In this document: in pieces, positions 35,881 to 48,235 of the stretch
Numbering within the stretch: the stretch's first letter is position 1
Layout of the letters: every line of letters begins with the position of its first letter
Source of the DNA: Callorhinchus milii
Lineage: Eukaryota
DNA length: 50,413 nucleotides
Reading direction: 5' to 3'
NCBI RefSeq assembly: GCF_018977255.1
Contig: NW_024705376.1
Location: 1 to 50,413, forward strand
Position numbers and translations under genes: made by a program
The notes under the pieces: generated by a model
Databases searched by the model: none
What the model was told of the DNA's origin: nothing
The model's input: the letters and a program-made list of their open reading frames with translations, nothing else

Positions 35881-36539
35881 TAATGTCTGGAATTAGCACG
35901 ATTTTGACCGTGACACCAACATGCAACGACCTGTGCGTTGTGAGTGACACGTGGCTTGTCTTACATCCGCCGTGAAGCAGACTGCGCATATTTTGGTGAA
36001 TGTCACTGGGGTAGCCAGCTGTGCCTGTCCGATTTGAACCTTGAACCTCTGCAATGAATAGAGAATGCGCTACCATATTGTGTGCACACACACACAATGT
36101 ACACACACAGTATACACACACAGTATACACACACAGTATACACACACTCACTGTGTACACACACAGTGTACACACAATGTACACACACAGTATACACACA
36201 CTCACTGTGTACACACACAATGTACACACACAATGTACACACTCACTGTGTACACACACATAGTGTACACACACAATGTACACACACACTCACTGTGTAC
36301 ACACACATAGTGTACACACACAATGTATACACACACAGTGTACACACAGTATACACACACACAGTGTACACACACAGTATACACACACAATGTACACACA
36401 CACAATGTACACACACACTCACTGTGTATACACACAATAATGTCCACGTTGTAGTTGATGAGCTCACGCACCCAAGGGGTCTCTGTTCAAGAGATGGAGC
36501 AATGGAAATTTAATCTAAATTAACTTAACCTCCAATCCA

Positions 36540-36781
36540 GCTCTGTGACGTCACCCTGCACCGCGCTCTTGTGCGTGACGTCACCTCCGCGATGGTCACT
36601 GCTGAATCTGTGGGAGGGGAGTGTCTTGTATCCCGGAAGTGACGTCATGTCACTTTCTGCTGCCGCGTGACGTCACGAGGTAACAGGAAGCTGCCCGCTC
36701 CGCGCTTTATCTGAAATCTGAGGTGATGAATTCTTGTGGTTGTTGTGATTGTTGTTGTGGTTGTTGTTGTTGTTTACCAAG
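36540..36781 (+). promoter_or_regulatory. Promoter and first exon of ZNF-B
   Basis: Four perfect TGACGTCA sites (36546, 36576, 36640, 36668), one within CCGGAAGTGACGTCA (36633-36647); donor CCAAG|GTAGAG at 36781/36782; inverted homolog of 2863-3037. Confidence 0.7.
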
Positions 36782-36948
36782 GTAGAGCCTCTCGTAGGGA
36801 TGTCAATTGAGCAGCATTGGAATCGATGTCCAGGTTGGAACATCACAAGCGCGGCCTGGCCACGCGGGGCCTTGCCTCCTGCCCTCGCCTGAGTTAGTTT
36901 AATTTGTCTTCACGCGGCTCGCCACTTTGTAACTCTGTTTTATTGTTA

Positions 36949-38543
<1,595 letters not shown>

Positions 38544-39009
38544 TAGATAGAAAATCATGAAAAAATGAATGAAATAAAATGATAAAATAAAACACTAATG
38601 TAGACTGTAGCGTGGTTCTAATCAGTGTGAGTGTATAGCCATGGCAGTCTATAATTTAGACTTATTCTGGTTCTATCAATGATTGCCTGGCAGCCCTTTG
38701 ATTGGTGGAGACCCGCCACAGGAGCTGTTATTTTCTCTTGCATTAACATTAGCTGGCCCGCCCATGCTGCTGACACATTTGGGCTATGCCCATCTCTAAA
38801 CCTCTATAAATGGTTTGCCTTTAGAGGCTAACCCCCCTTCTCTTGATGACTGCTTGTGTTGCAATTGAAACATTGTGGTTTTTTTTTATTACCCAAAGAA
38901 CCAGAATAAGTCTACATTATAGACTGCCATAGTGCTCAATTTAATAACCATTGCTACAGTCTACATTATAGACTGCAAATACGCTCACTAGCTTAAAAAC
39001 CAGGCTACA

Positions 39010-39258
39010 TTTTCCTGTTTCTTTCGGTAAAGTCACGTAGAAGGGAAGTCTGTCGAGGCGACAGCGTCTGAATGACGCTGTCGCCTCGACAGACCTGGTT
39101 TTCACCTGAGGACGGCTGCTTGCGTTGTGGCCGAAACGTCGTGAGAATTGTTTTATTATGTTTTATTTTATTATTTTATTACTTCCCTTCTACGTGACTT
39201 TACCGAAAGAACCAAGAAGATGAATCCCTGCAGTCACGAAAGCTTTAAATCGAAATTT
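39010..39258 (+). mobile_element. Penelope-like fold-back mini-element with 12-bp TSD
   Basis: AACCAGGCTACA at 38998-39009 and 39259-39270; internal hairpin at 39048-39094; tail on the right. Confidence 0.8.
39099..39147 (+). ncRNA. Minimal type I hammerhead ribozyme
   Basis: TTTTCAC-CTGAGGA-C-GGCTGC-ttgcgtt-GTGGCC-GAAA-CGTC-GTGAGAA: 7-bp stem I, 6-bp stem II, palindromic ACGT in place of stem III; predicted cut after C39140. Confidence 0.75.
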
Positions 39259-39418
39259 AACCAGGCTACACTTGAGTTGTGGGTTAACGGCCAACAGGAC
39301 GTGGTCGCAGGCTACAAGGGACTGGGAATGAGGTTTCTCGGTGGTGGTTTGCCTGCGGCTTGCTGCTTCTCTCCACGATCGGGCGAGGAGACCGGTAACC
39401 CGCGAGCCGGTCGAGGTG

Positions 39419-40070
39419 ATAATTGTTTTTTTACCCTTCTATCTGGCAACAAAACTGACACCTTTTTTTACAAGGAGTCATGTTTGCATAGACCACAATA
39501 CCTGCAGTCGTAATGCAAACAAAAAACATAACTCTGATAATGTATGCACTGTCCTTGAAGTTGATTGGTCCACACCCGAGACAGCTTTCCTTAGAGCCTA
39601 GTCTCACATGGTGTTGGACCAGATGACGCCAAAAGGCGCACAACTCAAAGACAATGCACCATCAGAGTATGAGAGCTCGGGGTAAGCATTTACACCATTG
39701 GAACCTCATTTGCCAGTAAAAAATATGATAATTGTTTTTTACCCTTCTATCTGGCAACAAAACTGGTGTAGATGCTTAACCCGAGCTCTCATACTCTGAT
39801 GGTGCATTGTCTTTGAGTTGTGCGCCTTTTGGCATCATCTGGTCCAACACCATGTGAGACTAGTCTCTAAGGAAAGCTGTCTCGGGTGTGGACCAATCAA
39901 CTTCAAGGACAGTGCATTCATTATCAGAGTTATGTTTTTTGTTTGCATTATGACTGCAGGTATTGTGGTCTATGCAAACATGACTCCTTGTAAAAAAGGT
40001 GTCAGTTTTGTTGCCAGATAGAAGGGTAAAAAAAACAATTATCATATTTTTTACCGGCAAATGAGGTTCC
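39419..40070 (+). mobile_element. Second fold-back insertion family (~280-bp inverted arms, one-sided tail, 12-bp TSD)
   Basis: 39419-39697 is the reverse complement of 39764-40044; CCGGTCGAGGTG at 39407-39418 and 40069-40080. Confidence 0.7.
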
Positions 40071-40290
40071 GGTCGAGGTGGTTCAGGGCACCCAGCGGGG
40101 ATGCCCCCCCACCTCCACCAGTAGACTCCCCACGCAAACTCTACCGAGCAAAGACCGGCCAGCCAGGGACATGCCGTTGACCTCGCTCGGCTGTCCTGGG
40201 AATGCTTGGGGATTCCCTGGAAAGGGTTATTCTTTGGTTCTTTCGGTAAAGTCACATCTAAAGATAAAATAATAAATTAAATAATAGCAT

Positions 40291-40335
40291 ATTACGACGT
40301 TTCGATTGCAACACAAGCAATCATCATCAGGCATA
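40291..40335 (-). ncRNA. Minimal hammerhead ribozyme
   Basis: Minus strand TGC-CTGATGA-T-GATTGC..GCAATC-GAAA-CGTC-GTA. Confidence 0.6.
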
Positions 40336-40615
40336 AAAGAAATAGCAACAAAAATCTAACTAGAAAACTATAGACAGACACACAAGCAGACAGACATCAC
40401 AAGGACACAGAGAGAGAACATATATCGGCACAAAGAGAGAGGTCGTTTCTGTGACGGGGCCTTAAATATAGAGAGGGGGGCGGGGCGGAGAGAGGGAGGG
40501 GGCAGAGAAAAAATTAGCATATCAATGAGTGGACGGCAACGTGATGCTGCAAGTAAGATGACGACGCGGCACGGCAACGCAAGCTTGAAAATCAGGAGAA
40601 AGACACTAAAATTAA

Positions 40616-41170
40616 ATACTCTTAGGTTTTTTCGGTAAAGTCACGTAGGTAAAAAATTTAAATTAATAAAAGTAAAATAAAAAATTAAAAAATTCACGAC
40701 GTTTCGGAGGCAACACAAGCCTCCGTCTTCAGGTGGAACCGTCACAGCCACGACAGCTGTATCAAGTAAATGAGAGATCACAAGAAATACTACCCCGTAT
40801 AGCTATTTCAGCTCTTGCTACATCCGCATGTATGTGTCCTATGCCTCCTGAGGGCTACATCATTCTGAGAGTTTGGTGAGGACACAGCGGCTGCTGTGTC
40901 CTCACCGAACTCTCAGATTGATGTAGCCCTCAGAGGCATAGAAATAGCTATACGGGGTAGTATTTCTTGCAATATCTCATTTACTTGATACAGCTGTCGT
41001 GGCTGTGACGGTTCCACCTGAAGACGGAGGCTTGTGTTGCTTCCGAAACGTCGTGAATTTTTTATTTTGTTTTATTTTACTTTCATTAATTTAAAATTGT
41101 TACCTACGTGACTTTACCGAAGAAACCTAAGAGTATGAATCCTTGCAGTCACGAAAGCTTCAAATCTAAA
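40616..41170 (+). mobile_element. Largest Penelope-like fold-back copy (~520-bp palindrome plus tail) with two hammerheads (40693-40738 minus; 41012-41057 plus)
   Basis: Arms meet at GACACAGC-ggct-GCTGTGTC (loop 40889-40892); tail on the right only; CTAAAATTAAATA at 40606-40618 and 41166-41178; nested in an older longer copy. Confidence 0.8.
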
Positions 41171-41636
41171 ATTAAATAACCTAGTAAAATTAAGATGGAA
41201 AGGGTTAGTTTGCCGCCGGGGGCAAGGAACGTCTGCGCCGCCCTGACTCGACGTAGACGAAGCGGATCGAGCAACGAGCATCTTATCTGACAGGCACTAT
41301 TGTACTTCACCGAGTGTTAACATCCCTCACGTTTAACAGTACTCTTTATTGTCAGCCAACACTGGTATAAACATGGGCATTTCCGCTCCTTTTCTATTAT
41401 GTACATCCACAGTTACTTGCGCAACACGTCCCTGACCACGAGTCCATTCATCCCACAGTGACTTGCGCACTAACAGCATAACAATGAGCGGCTTAATTGT
41501 ATCTAATTCATTTACCCACCCAGCAGTATAACAAAAGCAGTAATTGACCACCTCACAACCCCTCCTCCCCCGCTGCCCTTCCTGGCTCCTCCCCCCTCAA
41601 CCACTATATAAGGTAAAGATATTTTGCTGTGACGGT

Positions 41637-41681
41637 TTCACCTGAAGACGGAAGCTTGTGTTGCCTCCGAAACGTCGTGAT
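41637..41681 (+). ncRNA. Minimal hammerhead ribozyme within a Penelope-like fragment (41626-41753)
   Basis: TCAC-CTGAAGA-C-GGAAGC..GCCTCC-GAAA-CGTC-GTGA. Confidence 0.65.
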
Positions 41682-41754
41682 TTTTATTGTTTTATTTTTA
41701 TTACTTTTAATTTCATTTTTACCTACGTGAATTTACCGAAAGAACTAAGAGTAT

Positions 41755-42104
41755 CACAAAAATAGTCGGTTTATCTTGTGTGCGGGGCTAGTGATGACCA
41801 GTTGCAGCAAGAAGACCTGCGAGAATAGGACCCTGGACCCCCCTAGCTTTGCCGTCCTTTTAAGGCAGAAGCTCTGCGAGGCCAGTGGTGGACCCTGGGT
41901 CTCCCGAAGGACATTGTAGCTGGAGGACCTGGAGCGCAGCCGGGGTAGGCACGCTACGGAGGAGGCGTATAATATACCGAGTGGAAGTACTCGAGATAAA
42001 CTGTACGAGGAGTTGATGTTTAGTAGTTTGGGCGCGTGTGTATAATAAAGACATGACCCCTACAAAGTGTCTCCGGAGAAAACACTACATTGGTGTCAGA
42101 AGTG
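41755..42104 (+). mobile_element. LTR 3' part with tRNA-Leu primer-binding site (LTR-retrotransposon relic)
   Basis: AATAAA at 42044-49, end ACTACA at 42089, then TGGTGTCAGAAGTG (42091-42104), complementary to the tRNA-Leu 3' end. Left boundary uncertain. Confidence 0.6.
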
Positions 42105-42314
42105 ACTACGAATTCGCGCCACACAAAGTACCTGGAAGATCGATACAAGAAGCAGAGTTCAACGTACCGGGACGCCAAGGTATGAGGCACGGGACGTGCC
42201 GCTGCCTCCTGCATTCCTCTGTGCCTCGATACTGACGTGCAGACGGTGTGGATATTTGTCTTTTCTGTCTGCAACTGACGCTTCCTCTGACGCTTCCTCT
42301 GCAGAATTGGTCTG

Positions 42315-43632
42315 ATGGAGCAAAGGCGCTCAGCACAGCTCGGTACGGCAAGTCAACAATGCGACCAGCGTGCATACAGCACGGAGCGGACTGGAAATTT
42401 GACACAGCACCAGAGAACTCGCACAAGAGAGAAACCCTTCAAGTGCAGTGTGTGTGACAAGACATTTGCATGGCCATCAGTTCTTAAGAACCACCAGATA
42501 ACACACACGAGAGAGAAACCCTTCAAGTGCAGTGTGTGTGACAAGGCATTTTCACAGTCATATTATCTTAAAAAACACCAGAGAACTCACACAGGAGAGA
42601 AACCCTTCAAGTGCAGTGTGTGTGACAAGGCATTTTCACAGTCATATAATCTTAAAAAACACCAGAGAACTCACACCGGAGAGAAACCCTTCAAGTGCGC
42701 CGTGTGTGACAAGGTATTTGCATGGCCATCAGTTCTTCAGACACACCAGAGAACACACACGGGAGAGAAACCTTTCAGGTGCATTCTATGCGGGAAGGCG
42801 TTTGCACAGTCCCCACATCTTCAAGTACACCAGAGAACACACACGGGAGAGAAACCCTTCAAGTGCACCGTGTGTGGGAAGGCATTTGCATGGCCATCAG
42901 TTCTTCAGACCCACCAGAGAACACACACAGGAGTGAAACCCTTCAGGTGCACGATGTGCAGGAAGGCGTTTACACATTTATCAAATCTGAAAAGACACCA
43001 GAGAACACACACGGGAGAGAAACCCTTCAAGTGCAGTGTGTGTGGGATGGCATTTTCACAGTCATCTGTTCTTAAAAATCACCAGAGAACACACACAGGA
43101 GAGAAACCCTTCAAGTGCAGTGTGTGTGGGAAGGCATTTTCATGGTCATCTTTTCTTAAAAAACACCAGAGAACACACACAGGAGAGAAACCCTTCAGGT
43201 GCATTCTGTGCGGGAAGGCGTTTGCACAGTCACCAAATCTTCAAATACACCAGAGAACACACACGGGAGAGAAACCCTTCAAGTGCAGTGTGTGTGGGAA
43301 AGCGTTTGTACAGTTACCACATCTTAGAGTACACCAGAGAACACACACGGGAGAGAAACCCTTCAAGTGCACTCTGTGCGGGATGGCATTTGCACAATCA
43401 CCAAATCTTAGAGTACACCAGAGAACGCACATGGGAGAGAAACCCTTCAGGTGCAACCTGCGGGAAGGCGTTTGCACATTCATCAAATCTTCAAGTACAC
43501 CAGAGAAGACACAAGCATCAGAAGATCTGCAAAGAGTGGAGTCTGAAATCAGCTTGTGAAAGTCAAAGTGCCGAAATGAGCCCATCACTCATGAAACAAG
43601 AACCGGAGGAAAATTCCAGCTTGGACACTTAA
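42315..43632 (+). CDS. C2H2 zinc-finger protein (ZNF-B), 13 fingers plus a degenerate lead finger
   Basis: ORF 42315..43559 has 12 fingers. A 2-nt loss at ~43457-60 hides finger 13 and the true C-terminus (…HQKICKEWSLKSACESQ…SLDT, stop at 43632). Acceptor AG at 42303-04. Confidence 0.92.
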
Positions 43633-44499
43633 AGGTATCGAGGTGGAATTTGAAGAGGTGAAGTTGGAATGTGAAGAAGTGATGGTGAAGAGTGAAGAAG
43701 TGAAGGTAAAATGTGAAGATGAAGATTAAACTCCAAAATCGGACCTTCACATCGATGGAGGCAACGTGAAGCAGGAAGAGAATTCTGACTGTGAGGCAAC
43801 TCCCAGAAGTTTGTGGAGGTGTGAGTGGACTTCATAGACAATACAAAGTGAAATGTTTACCCGGTAGATGTGTAAGCTTGAGACGATGTCGCTCCAATAG
43901 ATGCACCTTTGTCACAGGCCTTTAATGAAAATAACGTGAAGTTGAACACTCAGTTCCTAGGTTCAACCTGCAGGGTAAGAGCGGCCAGTCTTTGTGGACC
44001 TGTGTGTTGGGTAGATCCCTGACCAGCAGCGAGAGGCAACAAGCCCCCAAGCATTCACGATGTTTAGATATTGCTACATTTTGACTTGGACGCCAGCATG
44101 CAATGGCCTCGTGTTGAATGACATAATAGTATGTTTTACATCCACTGTTAGGCAGACAGTGCATTTTTTTAAAAATAGCTTCTTAATAAGATGTTATCTG
44201 ATGCAGTATATTTCACTGCAGTAATGAAATTTTGTTAAAATGCCCGTCAATTTAGAATGAACACTTATCTGATTTTGTGTGTACATGCAACATTTTATTT
44301 ACAAGGGTCAAACATTGAATAAGTGATGTTAGGACAAACTGTGTGTTTTTGTAAGTAACCTGTACAGATAACTCAGGTGAGACCCGTTGATTTGTGATAC
44401 AGGTCAAAGGGTATTTTTGTGTTTCGGGAAGTATCTGTCTCTGGAGCAACTCATTGTCTTTGAAATAGGGAGCACACTCGAATCATCCGTCAGTTACAA

Positions 44500-45105
44500 G
44501 GCGTACCGCTTAAAAGTTACACGTAGAGGAGATACATTCTCTACAACACGAATTATAATTTTGTATTACGTGTTGACAGATTTAGTCAAACTAGGGCGAG
44601 AAATAGTCCTTGCTGATTCACGTCTGGAGGTTAGTAGCAAGTCCAGCTGCTGTTGAGACGCTGCGCACCAGTAAGGGTCACCAGGTGGCTTGCACTGAAT
44701 CAGTGAAGCGCTCCCAGAAGGCCGTGATGATTACAGTTTAAAACATTCCTTTGTTTCGTGGAGAGAACGATAAATGAAATATGTAAAGTCTGGATTCTTT
44801 CATAGCAAAGGAGGTAATTTTAAGAACACATTTGAAATGAATTTTTTTACAATCTTGTATTCAGTTACAAGGCAGAGCACATTTAGTAGATACATTCTAC
44901 ACAACGCTAATTAGGATTTTGTATGACGTCTTATGTTGGTGAACTAGGACAAGAAATGGTCCTTACTGATTCACGTCTGGATGTTGACAACCGTGGGTTG
45001 AAGCAGGCCGGGCTGCTGGTGAGACGCTGAGCACCAATAATGGTCCCCAGGTGGCTTGCACTGAATCAGCGATGCACTCCCAGAAGGCCGTGATGATTAT
45101 AGTTT
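44500..45105. repeat. Diverged direct duplication of ~245 bp (44500-44745 / 44860-45105)
   Basis: Shared CAGTTACAAGGC, GATACATTCT, CTGATTCACGTCTGGA, CCAGGTGGCTTGCACTGAATCAG and CTCCCAGAAGGCCGTGATGATTA. Confidence 0.85.
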
Positions 45106-45114
45106 GTGTTTAAA

Positions 45115-45442
45115 CTGTGGCATTGTTTCACCTGTGCCATTGTTTCAACTGTGCCATTGTTTCGACTGTGGCATTGTTTCGACTGCGGCATTGTTTCAAC
45201 TTGGCATTGTTTCAACTTGGCATTGTTTCGACTGTGCCATTGTCTTGACTGTGGCATTGTTTCGACTATGCCATTGTTTCGACTATGCCATTGTTTCAAC
45301 TGTGCCATTGTTTCACCTGTGCCATTGTTTCAACTGTGCCATTGTTTCAACTGTGCCATTGTTTCGACTGTGCCATTGTTTCGACTGTGGCATTGTTTCA
45401 ACTGTGCCATTGTTTTGACTGTGCCATTGTTTTGACTGTGGC
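45115..45442. repeat. 18-bp minisatellite (CTGTGSCATTGTTTCRA-type)
   Basis: Visible directly. Confidence 0.95.
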
Positions 45443-46232
45443 ACCGAGAGAATGAACCAGCGGCCGCTGCGTTGCAAGTTGAGTGTGCAGAACCACTGCA
45501 CCACACCCCAGAAACCACTGCACCTCAACCCCCACAAACCACTGCACCACAACTCTGGCCATTGACCGAGCAACCCAACGATGCTACCAGCTCCCTCCGC
45601 AGGACAATGTGTTCACACTGCGACTGCACGCAGAGGTGAGGCAATAGCTACAGGTCTAGGCATGTGTGACGTGTAAGTGTTGGCCGACCGTCATTCTCTG
45701 TTAGACATTAGGGACGCCTAAGATGTGACGTGCGTTTTTGTCCAGCCTGCTCGTGTTGACGTCCAGTGTGACACAGACAATGTACCGTGCTGTAGATTGC
45801 AACGAAAGTCACTGACGACAATCTACCAACAGGAAATAAACATTTGCAAAGTCACTTGTTGTTCAGTCTTATGTATGTGGTTGCATCAACAATGATTTAA
45901 TATGCTCTGTTTTTCTGTGTGCGCATATGTATAGTGCACACGTGTGCGTGACGTCAGGTGTGCCGTTCAGTGCGATGACGTCACGTCTCCTAGGGTACTT
46001 AAGGGAGACCCCGTGACATGAGCGGAGTCACCGTGGTAACAGAGTAAGCAGGGTGAAGAGGGAACCAGGGGTAGAGAGAGGGATCGAGTGGTGAGTCTGG
46101 GGAGAAACCGGTGGTAGCCGTAGAGGCGCTTCTCTCTCCGCTCGGTGTAGTCGGCAGAGTCCCCGATCCGACACGAGAGAGAGACCGGAGCCAGCCGGCA
46201 GGGACCCGCACTCAGAGTAGGACCCCCCTAGC

Positions 46233-46485
46233 CCCTGGGAGTTGTGCACCCTGCTGTGTGTGTTAGTGTCACTAACAGCTTCAATAGACCCTGGGAGTTG
46301 TATACCCTGCTGTGTGTGTTAGTGTAACAGCTTCAATAAACCCTGGGAGTTGTGTACACTGCTGTTTGTGTTAGTGTCACTAACAGCTTCAATAAACCCT
46401 GGGCGGTTGTGTACACTGCTGTGTGTGTGTTAGTGTCACTAACAGCTTCAATAAACCCTGAGAGTTGTGTACACTGCTGTGTGTA
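46233..46485. repeat. ~55-bp minisatellite (about 5 units)
   Basis: CCCTGGGAGTTGTGTACACTGCTGTGTGTGTTAGTGTCACTAACAGCTTCAATAAA. Confidence 0.9.
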
Positions 46486-46632
46486 TGAAATAGCAACAAA
46501 AAATATAACCAGAAAACTATAGACAGACAAATAAGCAGACAGATATCACCAAGATACATAGAGTAACACAGGCACAGAGAGGGAGATCGTCTCTGTGGCG
46601 TGGCCTTAAATAGACAGAGGGGGGGGCGGAGG

Positions 46633-48235
46633 TGTGGGAGCCGTTGGCCCCCGGGGTCCCTCCCGCCTGCATCCCCTATTTCGTTTATGTTACTCCACCT
46701 CCCTATTACCCGCTACGGTTTCGCCGGCATTCGAACGCGACGCCCGTACTGTTACAGCCTCCCGCTGCGCTCCCACGCTGCGAGCATACGTGCGCACAGC
46801 ATCATCAATCAAACGCTACACTCCCCCTCTTTACACCGCTACGTGCAGCTCTCGCACACTGCGAGCGTGTGCCCGTCTATAGCCCTGTGCGGCACTCGCC
46901 TCCACGTCGAATAACCACGTTACCAATGCGCATCCGTATCCGACCCGTAACGGACGTATGCGCACTCACGCACACAGCTCCCCGCGGCACTCACTCACCA
47001 CTGAATACTCGCGTTATGATCGCGCACCTGTATCACACACGGGGTGAACACACGCGACACCCACTCTTGCGCCGCCCTGCGCAGCGCTCGCCGCCTGCTG
47101 GCCGCTCACGTTATGATCGCGCACCTGGGGTACGCCGATTACGCACGCCGCGAGCTTACGCATACACAGTACCACACGCGTTCACACTTATAATACGAGA
47201 TCACACGAGGCCACGATCAGCTGTTAATGATTTATTGTCTGCTACCCGGGACTGGTTGTTGAGTCAGTATGAATCGACGAGGCTGCCTACTCTATCATCC
47301 CGGGACCTATTCCCTATTTATCGTTCACGAAATACTTTTACCTCCTTACTCACGGTTTGAGGCACTCGACGTTCCGTGGGTTTTCCTCGCTGCTTGCCTC
47401 GACACGTCGCACGGACGTCCGGAGGGCAGAGCTGGGGGCCGTCTTGGACGCTGGCTTCTCGGAGTAAGAGAGAGCTCTACCTCGCTACGCTCCCTTTTAT
47501 CCTAATTCCCGGACTCAGGCCCCTGCCCCCTTCCCACGTACCGTGGGCCTTCGATATGCTAATCGGATGTTCCGCAAGTTAATTCCTTTCTCACGCATGC
47601 CTTTGTTATTGCAGATTATGCGGCGGCGTCCATTACAAAGGTGCGCCGTGGGAATTTGTGCACGGCTCCCCGCGTGACCCCGCTCTCTCGATTATTCATA
47701 CTAACAGCCTTATCCTTTAACTCCCCTAACAATGGTGCCTGCGTGCCCGAGCGCAATTATGCCGTCCCTCCGCTGCCTGTGCGGGGGTGCCTGATTACGC
47801 AATTCAGATGCGCTGCGTGTTTTCTAATGATGCTCCTCCATAACAATGCTTATTCCCTCTGCCTGCCCCGTCGATACTTGCGTGCGTGGGGTGTGTGGGA
47901 TGCGTTTCACCCGCGGTGGCCGAGTGGCCCCTCGCTGCGACCTTGCAATCTTAAGGCCGGTCGCAGCGCCGCGGTGCAAAGTAGCGTCGGGGGAGGCCGT
48001 CCAATTCCCTGGTCGCCGGAAACCGTGAAGTTTAATCCCGATAAGGGCTTCTCGGATAAAAACCGGTCGGCCAGGTGACCTCCCCTCGGAGCTCTATGGG
48101 GGGGGGGGGGGAAATGCGTGCGGGTGTGTTCATGTGAGGTGAGGTGAGGGGGACGCGGGGTCGGCTCCGTCGCTTGGTGGTGGCGAGGTCGTAGATGGGG
48201 CGCCTGCCGAACGGCTTCGTGGCGGCGGCATCACA
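46633..48235 (-). mobile_element. Putative 3' LTR (~1.6 kb) of the Gypsy element
   Basis: Minus-strand PPT-like GGGGGGCTA followed by TGTGA at 48235; ends in ...CACA at 46633, where the interrupted Penelope-like fragment begins. Confidence 0.6.

Noticed and set aside
41333..41551. GIY-YIG C-terminus (WVNELDTIKP) of a Penelope ORF
   Set aside because: Only a ~10-aa resemblance with no upstream GIY-YIG motif; insufficient without a profile search.
42315..43632. PRDM9 or KRAB-ZNF
   Set aside because: No PR/SET, SSXRD or KRAB exon is seen between the promoter and the finger exon.
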